A stretch of DNA of 64,000 nucleotides, taken from assembly GCA_963845065.1 (NCBI GenBank), contig CAWJQQ010000009.1, positions 608,001 through 672,000 of the forward strand. Direction: 5' to 3'. Positions 43,556 to 53,722 of the stretch are shown here, in pieces. Position numbers and translations under genes: made by a program. Source of the stretch: Nitrospirota bacterium (GTDB lineage: Bacteria; Nitrospirota; UBA9217). The notes under the pieces were generated by a model that was given only the letters and a program-made list of their open reading frames with translations, was not told the origin of the DNA and did no database searches. The first letter of the stretch is position 1; the number at the start of each line of letters is the position of its first letter.

Positions 43556-43895
43556 ATAGATTTCTCCTCCCCGCCCTCTACTCTAATTTACCACAGGGGA
43601 GGTGTCTCAGTTATATTGACACAGAGGGAAGACAAGATTGGGACCATGATGCCCTGCAATGTCATCGTGCAGGAAATAGCGAGTGTGGGCGTGGAGATTT
43701 CGGTAATTGACCCGGTTGTTTCCCTGCAGGCCATCAATAACTCGAAAATCGACGAGATCGCTAGGCAGGTCAGGGATATGCTCAGGGCTGTCATCGAAAG
43801 GCTGTAATTAAGAAGAATTTATTGCATCAAATGAGGCCACTTTTATTCATAGATACTGCTTAAAGAGTCGCTACTAAATCTACTCTCATCTACTC

Positions 43896-44190
43896 TCACA
43901 GTCTTATTAACTTGTGTAGTGCGTCCAACGCTTCCTTACATTTGGCGACCTTGGACAAAATCTGTGCCACGGGTGCCGACCACACAAACACCTGCGAATT
44001 TTGGTTATGATTGTTGATGTAGCCCTTGATAGTTTCTATTAACGCCGGCACATTCCGAAACGTTCCACCACGGATGCGTTTGTCGGTAATCTCTCGGAAC
44101 CACAGCTCAACCATGTTCAGCCAAGAGCTGGATGTCGGGATAAAGTGCAAATAGAATCATGCATGTCGTTTGAGCCACGTCTTCACGTTA
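43896..44190 (-). pseudogene. IS630-family transposase C-terminal fragment
   Basis: HFIPTSSSWLNMVELWFREIT...FVWSA. Confidence 0.82.
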
Positions 44191-44532
44191 AACATTTCGA
44201 ACGACGTACAATTTGCTGAAACAGACGATTAGTAACACTCACGGGTCCTGTTTGGAAGAATGTTGCACCACAAGAACTACGCCTTTCGCGCAGAGTACGA
44301 TACCTATTATATTAAGTAGTCCGTTATGTGAAGTAACCGGCCCGGGCATAGGATATACAATAAATTCCGAGCGATCGCATAACGGCTGAACTCACATGAT
44401 GACAGTGAACTTTATACTTCTATCATCGATTTATCGTCGCATAGAAACGGTTTTGTAAAAGGCCTTGAATTTGAAACCTTAAATATCTATTCCTCATGCG
44501 AACCTCTTCTAAGCATCTCGGCTTATCTTCTC

Positions 44533-45081
44533 CTATTTGCCGTTTCCAGAGCCACCGGAACCACCAGAGGCTTCTATCGCTCGCTCGACATCCGGGTCCA
44601 GTTTGATGTACACTCTAGCCTTGCCATCACGCAGCGAGTAGGAGATCAACATGATATCGGACTTGCCGAATTCCCAAGGAAGGTATAGGGGACGCACTTC
44701 GTAACCGATAGTCCCACCGCTGTCGTCGGGAATCCTCTCGAGCTTCGTCTGCCAGAGGCGGTAAGTAGTACACTTGAGGAATGAATTGGCCTCCTTGAGC
44801 GCCTGTTGGGCCGGAACATTCGCCTTTACCTTGTAAGAGGTGTCGAGATCAAATATCTCCAAAGGGTATTTGCTTGAGTCGCTCACGAGGAAGGCTACGT
44901 TCTGTGCATCATCAGGATAGTGGCACCCATAGAGCAGCAGCGTATAGGTTCCCGTCACTGCCGCCGGATCTGCTGCCGATGTCGTGAGTTGTATTCCAGT
45001 CATGCAACTGGTTAGTGCAGCGGCAAAGATTAAGCATGCCGCAGCGCTTAATACTCTTTTACTGCTTTTCATGTGCACCAT
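44533..45081 (-). CDS. Hypothetical lipoprotein
   Basis: RBS AAGGAG, lipobox LTSC. Confidence 0.7.
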   Translation of the reverse strand: MVHMKSSKRVLSAAACLIFAAALTSCMTGIQLTTSAADPAAVTGTYTLLLYGCHYPDDAQNVAFLVSDSSKYPLEIFDLDTSYKVKANVPAQQALKEANSFLKCTTYRLWQTKLERIPDDSGGTIGYEVRPLYLPWEFGKSDIMLISYSLRDGKARVYIKLDPDVERAIEASGGSGGSGNGK

Positions 45082-45224
45082 TCTCCTTTCCTTCACACTA
45101 AACAGTACCTTTTTTGGTTCATACCAATCATACTATATAGTATAAAGCTTTTTTGAATATTGTGCGCTTTGGGGTGGATCCGCCTAGAAAGGGTTGATAA
45201 CAGCGCATGTTAATATTTATATTT

Positions 45225-45498
45225 GATCATTTCTGTCTATAATAAGCTTCAAATATATATTTTGGACAAGATAAGTTGTTGATTTGTAAAGATAACTAAA
45301 ATGTTGATTGAAAACAGGCTTCGAAGCAGCGCTATATGCTGTCAAAACGCGAGAATTCGTAGGTGCCTACGGTTTTTCCTACAGAATTCATTTGCAAGGC
45401 CGCTAATAGCTGCTTTTATCATTTTTTGGAATGCTCGCAGTTTGAGATCTATTGCCCATAGCATAAAAATGCTGACCAAGATAAAGCCTATTTTGGAC
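45225..45498 (+). repeat. ~275-bp MITE-like dispersed repeat, copy B
   Basis: Inverted homologue of 33816-34090; right IR interrupted by IS4. Confidence 0.8.
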
Positions 45499-46822
45499 CA
45501 GCATTGTCCGGTTAGCAAATTGCATTTTGTAGGAGGCGATTAAACAGTACAAAAATCCATCGCTCGGCCACTATTTTCTTGACTTTCTGAGAAACGCGCA
45601 CAGAAAAATTTTCGTAAATACCTTTAACTGCAAGGAGTTACGAAAATGCCCTATGTGCTCGATCCGAGAAACAAAACAGGTAAACGAACCTCTTTCTGCC
45701 TGCTGCTTAAACCGTTGGAAGCTATAACGCGTGAAATAACGTTACTTAAAGCGCGCGGGAACAGGCCACTGCAAATGGAATTTGAAGATCAACTAAAGGC
45801 CCTAATTTACTTTCACCTTGAGGAACACACATCGGGTCGCCACCTGTTGCAAGTCCTCGAAGAGGACGCTTTTGCTCGTGAGACGGTGGCGCCTAAAGCC
45901 GGAATCAAAAAAAGTAGCTTTTTTGAAGCCATAAACTCAAGAGGCCTCGAGCAGTTTAGGGAAGTATTCCAATCGCTCCAAGCCAGCGCCACAACGATAC
46001 TTCCGAAAGAATTCGACAATCTCGGAGACCTTGTCGCCATTGATGGATCTTTAATAGATGCGGTCCTTTCCATGTACTGGGCCGATTACCGGAAGGGTTC
46101 CAAGAAGGCCAAGGCACATGTAGGATTCGACATCAACCGCGGCATTCCAAAAAAGATATATTTCACTGACGGCAAAGGAGATGAACGTCAATTTGTAAGC
46201 CGTATCATCTCTCCTGGCCAGACCAGTGTTCTTGACCGTTACTATCAATGCCACAAGAACTTTGATCGTTGGCAGAAACAGGAAAAGCACTTTGTATGCC
46301 GGATCAAGGAAAACACGATCATTAGCATTGTCAGTGCTAATGCTATTAAACCCGAAAGCATCGTCTTCTATGATTCCATGGTGCTGCTCGGCACCAAAGG
46401 AGTGAACCAAACAGAAAAGGAACTTCGCGTTGTCGGTTACCGTGTCGCGAATAAGGAATACTGGGTTGCCACAGACCGCTATGATCTTTCGGCCGAGGAG
46501 GTTGCACTGGTTTACAAGCTCCGCTGGAACATAGAGACCTTTTTCGGCTGGTGGAAACGCCACTTAAAAGTTTATCATCTGATTGCCAGAAGCGAGCATG
46601 GGCTCATGGTCCAAATATTTGCAGGACTCATAACATATCTGCTCCTTGCTATTTACTGCCACGAGCAGCACAATGAAAAAGTCAGCATAAAGCGTGTCAG
46701 AGAGCTGCGATGCAAAATAAAGAATGAAGAAAGTATGTTTGAAAACAAGCCGCCTGACCTTGATTGCAATAAACAAACTACAGAAGGCGGTCTATATGCA
46801 AATGTGTAACCGGACAATGCTG
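45499..46822 (+). mobile_element. IS4-family insertion sequence
   Basis: Perfect 16-bp IR CAGCATTGTCCGGTTA; 9-bp target duplication ATTTTGGAC. Confidence 0.93.
45646..46809 (+). CDS. IS4-family transposase
   Basis: AIDGS, VLDRYY, YKLRWNIETFFGWWK (YREK motif). Confidence 0.92.
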   Translation: MPYVLDPRNKTGKRTSFCLLLKPLEAITREITLLKARGNRPLQMEFEDQLKALIYFHLEEHTSGRHLLQVLEEDAFARETVAPKAGIKKSSFFEAINSRGLEQFREVFQSLQASATTILPKEFDNLGDLVAIDGSLIDAVLSMYWADYRKGSKKAKAHVGFDINRGIPKKIYFTDGKGDERQFVSRIISPGQTSVLDRYYQCHKNFDRWQKQEKHFVCRIKENTIISIVSANAIKPESIVFYDSMVLLGTKGVNQTEKELRVVGYRVANKEYWVATDRYDLSAEEVALVYKLRWNIETFFGWWKRHLKVYHLIARSEHGLMVQIFAGLITYLLLAIYCHEQHNEKVSIKRVRELRCKIKNEESMFENKPPDLDCNKQTTEGGLYANV

Positions 46823-46853
46823 ATTTTGGACAAAAGTAGATAAATGTATATTG

Positions 46854-47579
46854 TCATTTAACATTTTCCGCGCCTTCACCGGTACTTTTATTATTTTTTT
46901 TAAAGCAGTCTATGAAACTTATAAGCAGTGACCTGTCCTGATCCATTAATTCTGAGTATTCCACCCCTATGTCATAATTTAAAGTCACCTTGCTTTGCGT
47001 CCTGCGACACGAAACAATTTTCCCTATAAAACTTACGGAATCACCAGCATTGAACGATAGTTCCATGAGAACCATGCTGCCCATCTTCAATTTATGATTA
47101 GTTTGAATAATTACGCCATTTTGGCTAATATCTTTTATATCGAACTGCGTCGACAGATTCAGAACTTTTTCGTTGGGCGTTGTGATGGAAAACCGGATGT
47201 CGCGATAGAACCAGCCTGTTTGCTCTGTCACTTGTGTTTTCTTGCTATTCTCAATTGAATCCAAAAATTTTTTAACCTTACCTGTTGATTCATCTTTAAA
47301 CGATATCCCTGCCGAATAAACATTGACCTTTCCTTCATCAACTCTTTCTTCAATTCCGCTTAATTCAGAACGAACTATTATTCCCCTTATTTCAATATGT
47401 TTACCTTCGTAACCTATTATCAGCAAATACTCTTTGCCTATATTTAGTTTCCTGTCTGCTTTTATCGCGACTCCGCCTAAACTTATGTTAATAATTTCTA
47501 CTTTGCCAATTAAGCTGATCTTGCTGTTCAGATCGATTAAATCCAATTTGAATCTCTTGTAGCGCCTCATATTTAGCAT
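46854..47579 (-). CDS. Tandem PilZ-domain protein
   Basis: RRYKRF + NISLGG; second domain RDIRF + DISQNG...YDIGVEY. Confidence 0.82.
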   Translation of the reverse strand: MLNMRRYKRFKLDLIDLNSKISLIGKVEIINISLGGVAIKADRKLNIGKEYLLIIGYEGKHIEIRGIIVRSELSGIEERVDEGKVNVYSAGISFKDESTGKVKKFLDSIENSKKTQVTEQTGWFYRDIRFSITTPNEKVLNLSTQFDIKDISQNGVIIQTNHKLKMGSMVLMELSFNAGDSVSFIGKIVSCRRTQSKVTLNYDIGVEYSELMDQDRSLLISFIDCFKKNNKSTGEGAENVK

Positions 47580-47582
47580 TCT

Positions 47583-47771
47583 CTAACTCCAATTGATATA
47601 TACTCTGTTAACGGAAGTTCCCTGTGAGACCTCAGCAAAAGACACTATTTGAACCAGTTGCTCGTTTTCAATATTAAAGAATTTGAGTCCCATACCAATA
47701 CCGTCGTGAGTATGCTGAGCTCGGTCCTGGACGTTTATAAAACCATTATTAAGCGGCAGGATACCATTTAC
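47583..47771 (-). pseudogene. 3' part of a PilZ-like gene cut by a tnpB-element left end
   Basis: GIGMGLKF PilZ-like C-terminal strand; frame begins at the TTAC insertion site. Confidence 0.5.
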
Positions 47772-47871
47772 CAAATCACCCGCAGAAAGCCCCTAGTTTT
47801 AACCATGGGGATGAATGCGGGGACTTAACTTCTCGACAATTGATAAGCAAATGTTCATCTATGTGGTATAT
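47772..47871 (+). mobile_element. Solo left end (with promoter) of the tnpB element family
   Basis: TTAC at 47768-47771, AAAGCCCCTAGTTTTAACCATGGGG; ~100 bp similar to 18028-18127. Confidence 0.88.
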
Positions 47872-47983
47872 AGGTCCTCTCAAAACTTATAAAAAGTGCT
47901 ATACAAATAAAATTAGTTAAGTTTACTAAATATGGCCTTGCCTGTCAAGATTTATCTTACGCGCCGTAAGACCCCGTCCGTGA

Positions 47984-49222
47984 CAGGCTGTCCGACAATT
48001 CGTATTTGATATGGTAGAATAGGATGAAATAAATCGGACAAGGAGAGCGGGAGATGACATACATACCCTCGCACAAAGACCAAGCGTGGTTATTACCACC
48101 GAGCATAGAGGGGTTGATTCCTGAGGACCATATCTGCTTTTTGGTAGAAAGCATTGTGGATAATCTTGATTACCAGGCATTCGACATCAAATACTCCGGC
48201 GCAGGACATCCTGCCTATCATCCAAGTATCCTGCTAAAGCTCTTGGTCATGGGAGTCCTGGACAGAGTGCGGTCTTCACGCCGTCTTGCCCGGAATGCCC
48301 GCGAAAACGTGGTGTACCTGTATTTATCCGAGAAGCTAACTCCTGATTTCAGGACGATTAGCGACTTTCGAAAGGACAACCCAGCTCTCGTAAAGGAAGT
48401 GTTTAAGCACACAGTAAGCTTTGCGAGGCAAGAAGGCCTTCTCGACCTGTCTCATCTTTCGACGGACGGGAGCAAGGTAAAAGCCAATGCATCGAACCAG
48501 AGAGTGATGAATAAGGATGAACTAAGAGTTTTGCTGAAATTTGTCGACGACGAGCTTGAGGAATGGTCAAGACAGGATAGCCGGGAAGACAGCGAGTTCG
48601 GCGACTTGCGGGGAAGCGATCAGTTGCTGCAACAGAGCAAGAAGACCATTCGGAAAGCGGCACAATATTACATCAAGAAGGTCCGTGAGAAAGGGCCGTC
48701 TTTTAAAGAAGAAGTACAAAATCGTCTTGAAAATGCCAAGAGGGAAGCAGACGACCAGAAGCTAAAGAAGGTCAGCATCACTGACCCGGAAAGCCGCTTT
48801 ATGAAGAACAAGAAAGGTCGGATCGAGCTATCCTATAGTCCTCAGATCACGGTAGACAAAGAAGGGTTCATCCTAGCGAATGACGTGACGCAGAGCCCCG
48901 TCGATACCGGGCAGCTGCAACCTCAGGTTTTCCAAACAGAAGAGAACGTGGGACGGATGCCTGAAGGTGTTGCCTGGAGTTTTGATGCGGCCTACTTTGA
49001 AGGCGCTAATATCAGGTTTCTGACAGACAGGAAGATCGATGGCTACATACCGGATAACAATGAAAAGAAAGGAGTAGCTCCCTTTGACAAGGAGCATTTT
49101 CAAGAAAGAAGGAGATGGAGATAAAATATCTCGTCAGATCCGGCTCCAATCGCCATTTCAGTTAGCTTATTAGTTTTGTTCTGAAGATATCCCCATAGAA
49201 CAATGAATTGTCGGACAGCCTG
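47984..49222 (+). mobile_element. IS1182-family element, internally deleted
   Basis: 18-bp IR CAGGCTGTCCGACAATTC; 4-bp target duplication GTGA. Confidence 0.88.
48054..49124 (+). pseudogene. IS1182-family transposase, C-terminally truncated
   Basis: GHPAYHP, SSRRL, PDFRTISDFR, DGSKVKANAS, SITDPESR, DAAY; the usual C-terminal region with the catalytic Glu is not seen. Confidence 0.75.
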
Positions 49223-49665
49223 GTGAGGCCGAGGAGGATGTCAATTACGGGAATATCGAGTAGAGTATTTGTCTGATATTAGAATTCATAAATAGTTTTG
49301 GGTTTTTTGTCGCGCATGATGGGCGAGCACATCGAGATTATGGTGGGGGAAAAATATTTTATATTTTGAAGGAAGGAAATGACCTCTTCGATTGGTAAAG
49401 GATGACTGAGAATATTGCCCCGCAGTTTATCACATTGGATGGACCACATAGAGGATTTATTATCTAAGCTTCAGATTATATCACCACGTGCAAATGTATC
49501 ATATACGGCGTCCACTTCACTTAGTTAATAAAATTATTCGAACTGTGCCTTCGACAACTGCTGAACGGATTTCGCAAATACTGATTATATTTTTTTTCTA
49601 GGAAACGTTTGAAATTATAAGCCTCATTTTGGACGCTGTCCGGAAGTTTGCCGATTTTTTTTTAT

Positions 49666-49802
49666 AAAACCTGTCCTTGAATACCCAGCAGTTCTACTGC
49701 TGGGATGAAAAGAACAATCCTGACGAAGTCAGGATAAGAATCTGATTGGTTTTAGGTTCTATCGGTTTTGATGCCCCGCAGCTCTGCTGCGGGGTAATTC
49801 AC
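49666..49802 (+). mobile_element. 137-bp non-autonomous IS200/IS605-derived miniature element (PATE-like)
   Basis: TTAT|14 nt-AATA-hairpin CCCAGCAG/CTGCTGGG ... GATG-hairpin CCCCGCAGC/GCTGCGGGG-TAATTCAC. Confidence 0.72.
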
Positions 49803-49913
49803 TATATCATTGACGCTCATGCGCGAAGAACCACTCTGCTGAATTGTCAATGGTGCGAAGCAACTTTTGGACAATCAATAAATACTACACATGCACTTCA
49901 TTCAGTGCTGAAT

Positions 49914-50894
49914 TCAAGGAGAAACATTTTCTGTAAGTTCAACCTTTTTCCATGTTTTATCAGGGTCATACGCTGTAATAGCCTTTGCTATCTCTAACGT
50001 CTTGGGCCCAAGGTCCTTTTCATATACAACACCCTGTTGGTTAACAATAAAGGTCATGATCCCCGAGACACCGTACCCTGCAGGATATGCCACAAGGCCA
50101 AAACCTTTTACCATTTTGCCGTAGACTATGTAATCAAGTTCACCACCTGGAGCATTGCTGCCCTGACTTTTTAGGATCTTTAAAAAATACCCGTGGTAAG
50201 GTGCAGGTTTTTCTCCTTTTCTAAATCTGTATCCTTCTTCTGTTGCACGGGCAACTAGTGGTCCCAGAGGACTAATTTCCTCCCCAGAAGCGGCTTCCCA
50301 GTACAGCCCGTCCTTCTTGTCCTTCTGGCTCAGAAGATGTTGCGCGTATTGTAGTTCTGAGTTGCCATTGCGCTCCTTGCTGGCATACTCACGCTGGGCA
50401 TCCACATAAGCGAGAGAAACCTGGATGGTATTCAATTCGTTTCTGCCTATTCTCCGATTTATGATTTCTTCCTTGCCATCTTCTGTTGAAAAAATCCATC
50501 CCTGTCCTGACTTCACAATGGGAATTGGAAAGCACCATTCGTCCTTCCCAATTAATGCTAACAGTGTCTTGGCGTCAAATTTTGAAAATTTAACTCCTTC
50601 TGCCGCAGCCCTAGCAAAATGGTGACGGGCCTGCGTATCGGCAACGGCATCGCCAGAGGATATGACATCCTTGCTACCAGGCCCGAAAATGGCTAGTAAT
50701 TCTTTAGTATCATCATTCTTGTCTGCCTCCAAGAGTGCATTGAATGCGTCTTGGGGAGATTTGAACTCTCTTTGCCTTATATCTTGAGCAAAGGCGAGAA
50801 AACCAAAAGCCATTACTACAAGGATGATTATGAAAGTTGCTAACTCACGGCAAAAGAAAATGTTTTTTGGTTTTGTTACGCTTCTAAACATCAT
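49914..50894 (-). CDS. DUF2950-family protein
   Basis: FPIPIVK, RRIGRNELNTI, DGLYW, SPLGPL, PYHGY, AYPAGYGVSGIMTFIVNQQG. Confidence 0.9.
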   Translation of the reverse strand: MMFRSVTKPKNIFFCRELATFIIILVVMAFGFLAFAQDIRQREFKSPQDAFNALLEADKNDDTKELLAIFGPGSKDVISSGDAVADTQARHHFARAAAEGVKFSKFDAKTLLALIGKDEWCFPIPIVKSGQGWIFSTEDGKEEIINRRIGRNELNTIQVSLAYVDAQREYASKERNGNSELQYAQHLLSQKDKKDGLYWEAASGEEISPLGPLVARATEEGYRFRKGEKPAPYHGYFLKILKSQGSNAPGGELDYIVYGKMVKGFGLVAYPAGYGVSGIMTFIVNQQGVVYEKDLGPKTLEIAKAITAYDPDKTWKKVELTENVSP

Positions 50895-50984
50895 TCTTTC
50901 CTCCATAAATCGGCCAACTGATAATATTGCATTCAAAATTACCAGCCGACAGATGACGTCGACCCCCCGAGAGACTATATAGTC

Positions 50985-52022
50985 TCATCTACGCCCGCCA
51001 CCACCACCATGGTATCCTCCCCCGCCACCACCATGGTGTCCTCCCCCAACGGTGGAACCTCTAGCGGGGATTTGACCGGCATTGGAGCGGCTTTGGAATC
51101 CACGATTACTCGCAGCCCGCTCAAACCGGCTGTTAGTGGAGCCTTCAAAAGCACTTGAGCGCGTTGCAGCAGGAGGTCTTGACACAACACCATAGCCCCG
51201 GAATGGTCTATATGCTCCTGCCTTGTTAAGAATTGCCTGTGCGCCTCTCTGCGTAGAAGGACTGGCCCTTCGCGTATCTCTTGTTTCCGCGAAAGTTCCT
51301 CCACGAAATCTGTTTGTGGGATCTATACGCGACATCCTGCCCGTCCTAGGATCATGAAAATGATTGCTGATGTATCCTCCGTGATTGTGCTCATGATGAT
51401 GCCCATGCGATCTAATGTCAAAATCTACAAGAACAAAAAAACCCGGAAACCAGAAATCAGAACACCAAAAAGAATAAGGTACCCAAGTATATAGATATGC
51501 ATAATCAGGTGGTGGTGCGTAGTACGTCACAACGGGGGGGCCTTCAGTATCATAATAGCTGTTTATAGCTGAGGATTCAGGGTAATTCGTGCCGGGTGTC
51601 TCACCCGGCGATTGGTCCACAGCAGCACTTACGGACATATTATTTCCGTTTAAGACGTCCTGAAAAACTGACATGGCCGTATCTTTTCCCAAAGATAATT
51701 TGCCGGAATCAGCCGCAGCACTAAGTGAAGTTTGTAACTCTCCTACAATATCTGGCGTCACCGGATAATCGGCAATCCACCCATTCTGTGGCATTATGCC
51801 GAGAGAAGTCAATTTACTCTCGGCTTCGGTTTCACTCATCTGGGCCGTGCCAAGTTTAAGTCCTACTGCGAGATCGGTCGCAAAATCTCCTTCACGAATA
51901 AGTGGCTGTGCTATTGGCGGGTTTGCGCCCGTTGACTGTTCTGACTGTGCTATTACTGCAGAAGGGATCAATATCAAAATGCCTAGGATGAAAATAAACA
52001 CTCTGTTTGGTAAACTCCTCAT
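50985..52022 (-). CDS. Hypothetical secreted protein with Pro/aromatic-rich centre and Gly/Arg-rich tail
   Basis: Signal peptide, PPVVTYYAPPPDY, GGGHHGGGGGG tail. Confidence 0.75.
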   Translation of the reverse strand: MRSLPNRVFIFILGILILIPSAVIAQSEQSTGANPPIAQPLIREGDFATDLAVGLKLGTAQMSETEAESKLTSLGIMPQNGWIADYPVTPDIVGELQTSLSAAADSGKLSLGKDTAMSVFQDVLNGNNMSVSAAVDQSPGETPGTNYPESSAINSYYDTEGPPVVTYYAPPPDYAYLYTWVPYSFWCSDFWFPGFFVLVDFDIRSHGHHHEHNHGGYISNHFHDPRTGRMSRIDPTNRFRGGTFAETRDTRRASPSTQRGAQAILNKAGAYRPFRGYGVVSRPPAATRSSAFEGSTNSRFERAASNRGFQSRSNAGQIPARGSTVGGGHHGGGGGGYHGGGGGRR

Positions 52023-52623
52023 ATACCATTCTCCTTCCCCAACTAAACATAGTTATATTCTATCAAATAATATAATATCTGTGGCAATTACATGGGGCAT
52101 TTTACTGTTGGAGTTAGCAGAAGAAGAGAGCCTCCACGTACCAACGCGGTTATGGCCAGAAAATGAGCATGCTGAGCAACACATATTTAACCTGAATCCT
52201 GCGTGAAAAAAAATTGGAATGATAGCAACGATTGTAAATACACTCCTTCTTGCAATCAAAGATAATTGTCTAAAAAAAAATAATATTTTTGGACACTATA
52301 AATTCAAGCGGTTGGTCGAGGCTATGGCATTGCCCATTAGGCCAATTAATCGCTAGGAAAGATCTTCGATAGGTAAGAGACACCTATCCTTAATTAGAGA
52401 AGGCTGGATAGAATTCTTGGCTCTGGTTTGGTTATGCTCCTCGCTGCCTCTGCCGTTTGTCAGTTTATTCGAAAAACGAATAACATCCGTTCGATAATCA
52501 TATAATTTTCCAGTTTCACTCTCCTTTTATAGTCGATTCTGATGTTTCGCCAACGGTTTTAGCCGGACCTATCCCATTGATTTCCCGATGCTGATAAGCG
52601 GCCATTTCTCTAGTTTCATGCTA

Positions 52624-52639
52624 TGGCATGGTAGATGCA
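52624..52639 (+). promoter_or_regulatory. Possible sigma54 promoter
   Basis: TGGCATGGTAGATGCA, GG-N10-GC. Confidence 0.4.
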
Positions 52640-52694
52640 TACTTACTGGTAGAAAACGAAGCAAGATTCGAATCACGAAAAGGAGGCGGTTCAT

Positions 52695-52817
52695 ATGAGG
52701 ATGATCGGGATTTCCATATTATTTATCGTCTTATGGCTGGTAGTGTGCATGCCTGAACTTAACAGTGCTTTAGAATATTCGGGGTCAAGCTTGAAAATTG
52801 CCATTCTGCATTGGTAG
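52695..52817 (+). CDS. Possible 40-aa hydrophobic small protein, or remnant of a secreted protein gene
   Basis: RBS AAGGAGG, MRMIGISILFIVLWLVVC. Confidence 0.35.
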   Translation: MRMIGISILFIVLWLVVCMPELNSALEYSGSSLKIAILHW

Positions 52818-52901
52818 GGAGATCGAGATCGGGAGATAGATAACGTTGGCGGTGCGCATCCTCATGTCAAAAAAAGGATAGCAGGAGATATACCGTATGA
52901 G

Positions 52902-53321
52902 CTAGAATTTGAACTGCAACAGTACTTCAAAATTCTTGATATCAGTCAAATTCTTGAAATCGGTTACCGGATTGGAGCTGAACTTGTCAGACAGTGATGC
53001 AATACTCCATGTGGTTTCACCACGATTGTAAAATGGTAAAGTGAAATGTTCGTGAAAGTATTTCGTAGCTAAATCTGTCGGCGAATCGGGAGAATTTGCT
53101 TGTGGCGCCCTTACGATGGTTTCGACTCCGAAATCTATGTGCACTCCTTGGGTATATTCACTCGTAGTATCCACCCACGCCGCTGTCGGTGTACTATTTA
53201 GTCCTGCAGTGGTATCGTATAGCTGTTTTGACTGGTCAGCTGCGGCGAAACCAAGAGACGCCGAAAAAATGATTAGTAAAAGAACTAGAAAAAATATTGG
53301 GAAACGAATGAAAGACATCAA
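52902..53321 (-). CDS. Hypothetical secreted protein
   Basis: Signal peptide, C-terminal LQFKF. Confidence 0.55.
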   Translation of the reverse strand: MMSFIRFPIFFLVLLLIIFSASLGFAAADQSKQLYDTTAGLNSTPTAAWVDTTSEYTQGVHIDFGVETIVRAPQANSPDSPTDLATKYFHEHFTLPFYNRGETTWSIASLSDKFSSNPVTDFKNLTDIKNFEVLLQFKF

Positions 53322-53440
53322 GGTACTCCATTAATAAAGCCGACATATTCGACATATTAAGGATTAATTTTATAATATACACTCAATTTTTTAAAAAATC
53401 TATAAGAATTTACAATAAAATTTAAATAAATATAGAAGAA

Positions 53441-53722
53441 CAACACGCGCCAGGCTCTAGCAGCCTGGTCGGGTGCAAACCTGCTCCTGGAACGGGCGGT
53501 GTTGAGGCTGCAACAGGAAGCGGCGATAGGTCGGATTCATCCGGCCAGCTTCCGTCTCGCGCGAGCAATGAAGGTAAGTACAAGCGCAGACCGGAGACAG
53601 AGCAGCTCGCCCGTCAAAGACGGATCAACGACAGTTGAGGCTGGCAATGTTTGCGTTGTTGCCAGAGAGACTGTCGGTATTGCCGTCAGAACCCCCTAGT
53701 TTTAACTATGGGGAGTGGTTAG
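53441..53722 (+). mobile_element. 3' 282 bp of a tnpB element (presumed omega/reRNA region plus right end)
   Basis: Highly similar to 19423-19704; ends GGGGAGTGGTTAG. Confidence 0.88.

Larger units (their letters stand above)
41996..43627 (-). mobile_element. IS3-family insertion sequence
   Basis: Subterminal IRs TGTCAAT...TGAGACACC; short target duplication (GAA or AA). Confidence 0.85.
41786..43807 (+). pseudogene. DUF302-domain gene interrupted by an IS3-type element
   Basis: GFDVLTEID...ILGACNP...LEAE | DKIGTMMPCNVIV rejoin in frame. Confidence 0.88.

Noticed and set aside
45301..45543. 80-aa ORF inside the MITE-like repeat
   Set aside because: Frame is not conserved in the other copy (indels) and it runs into the IS4 end
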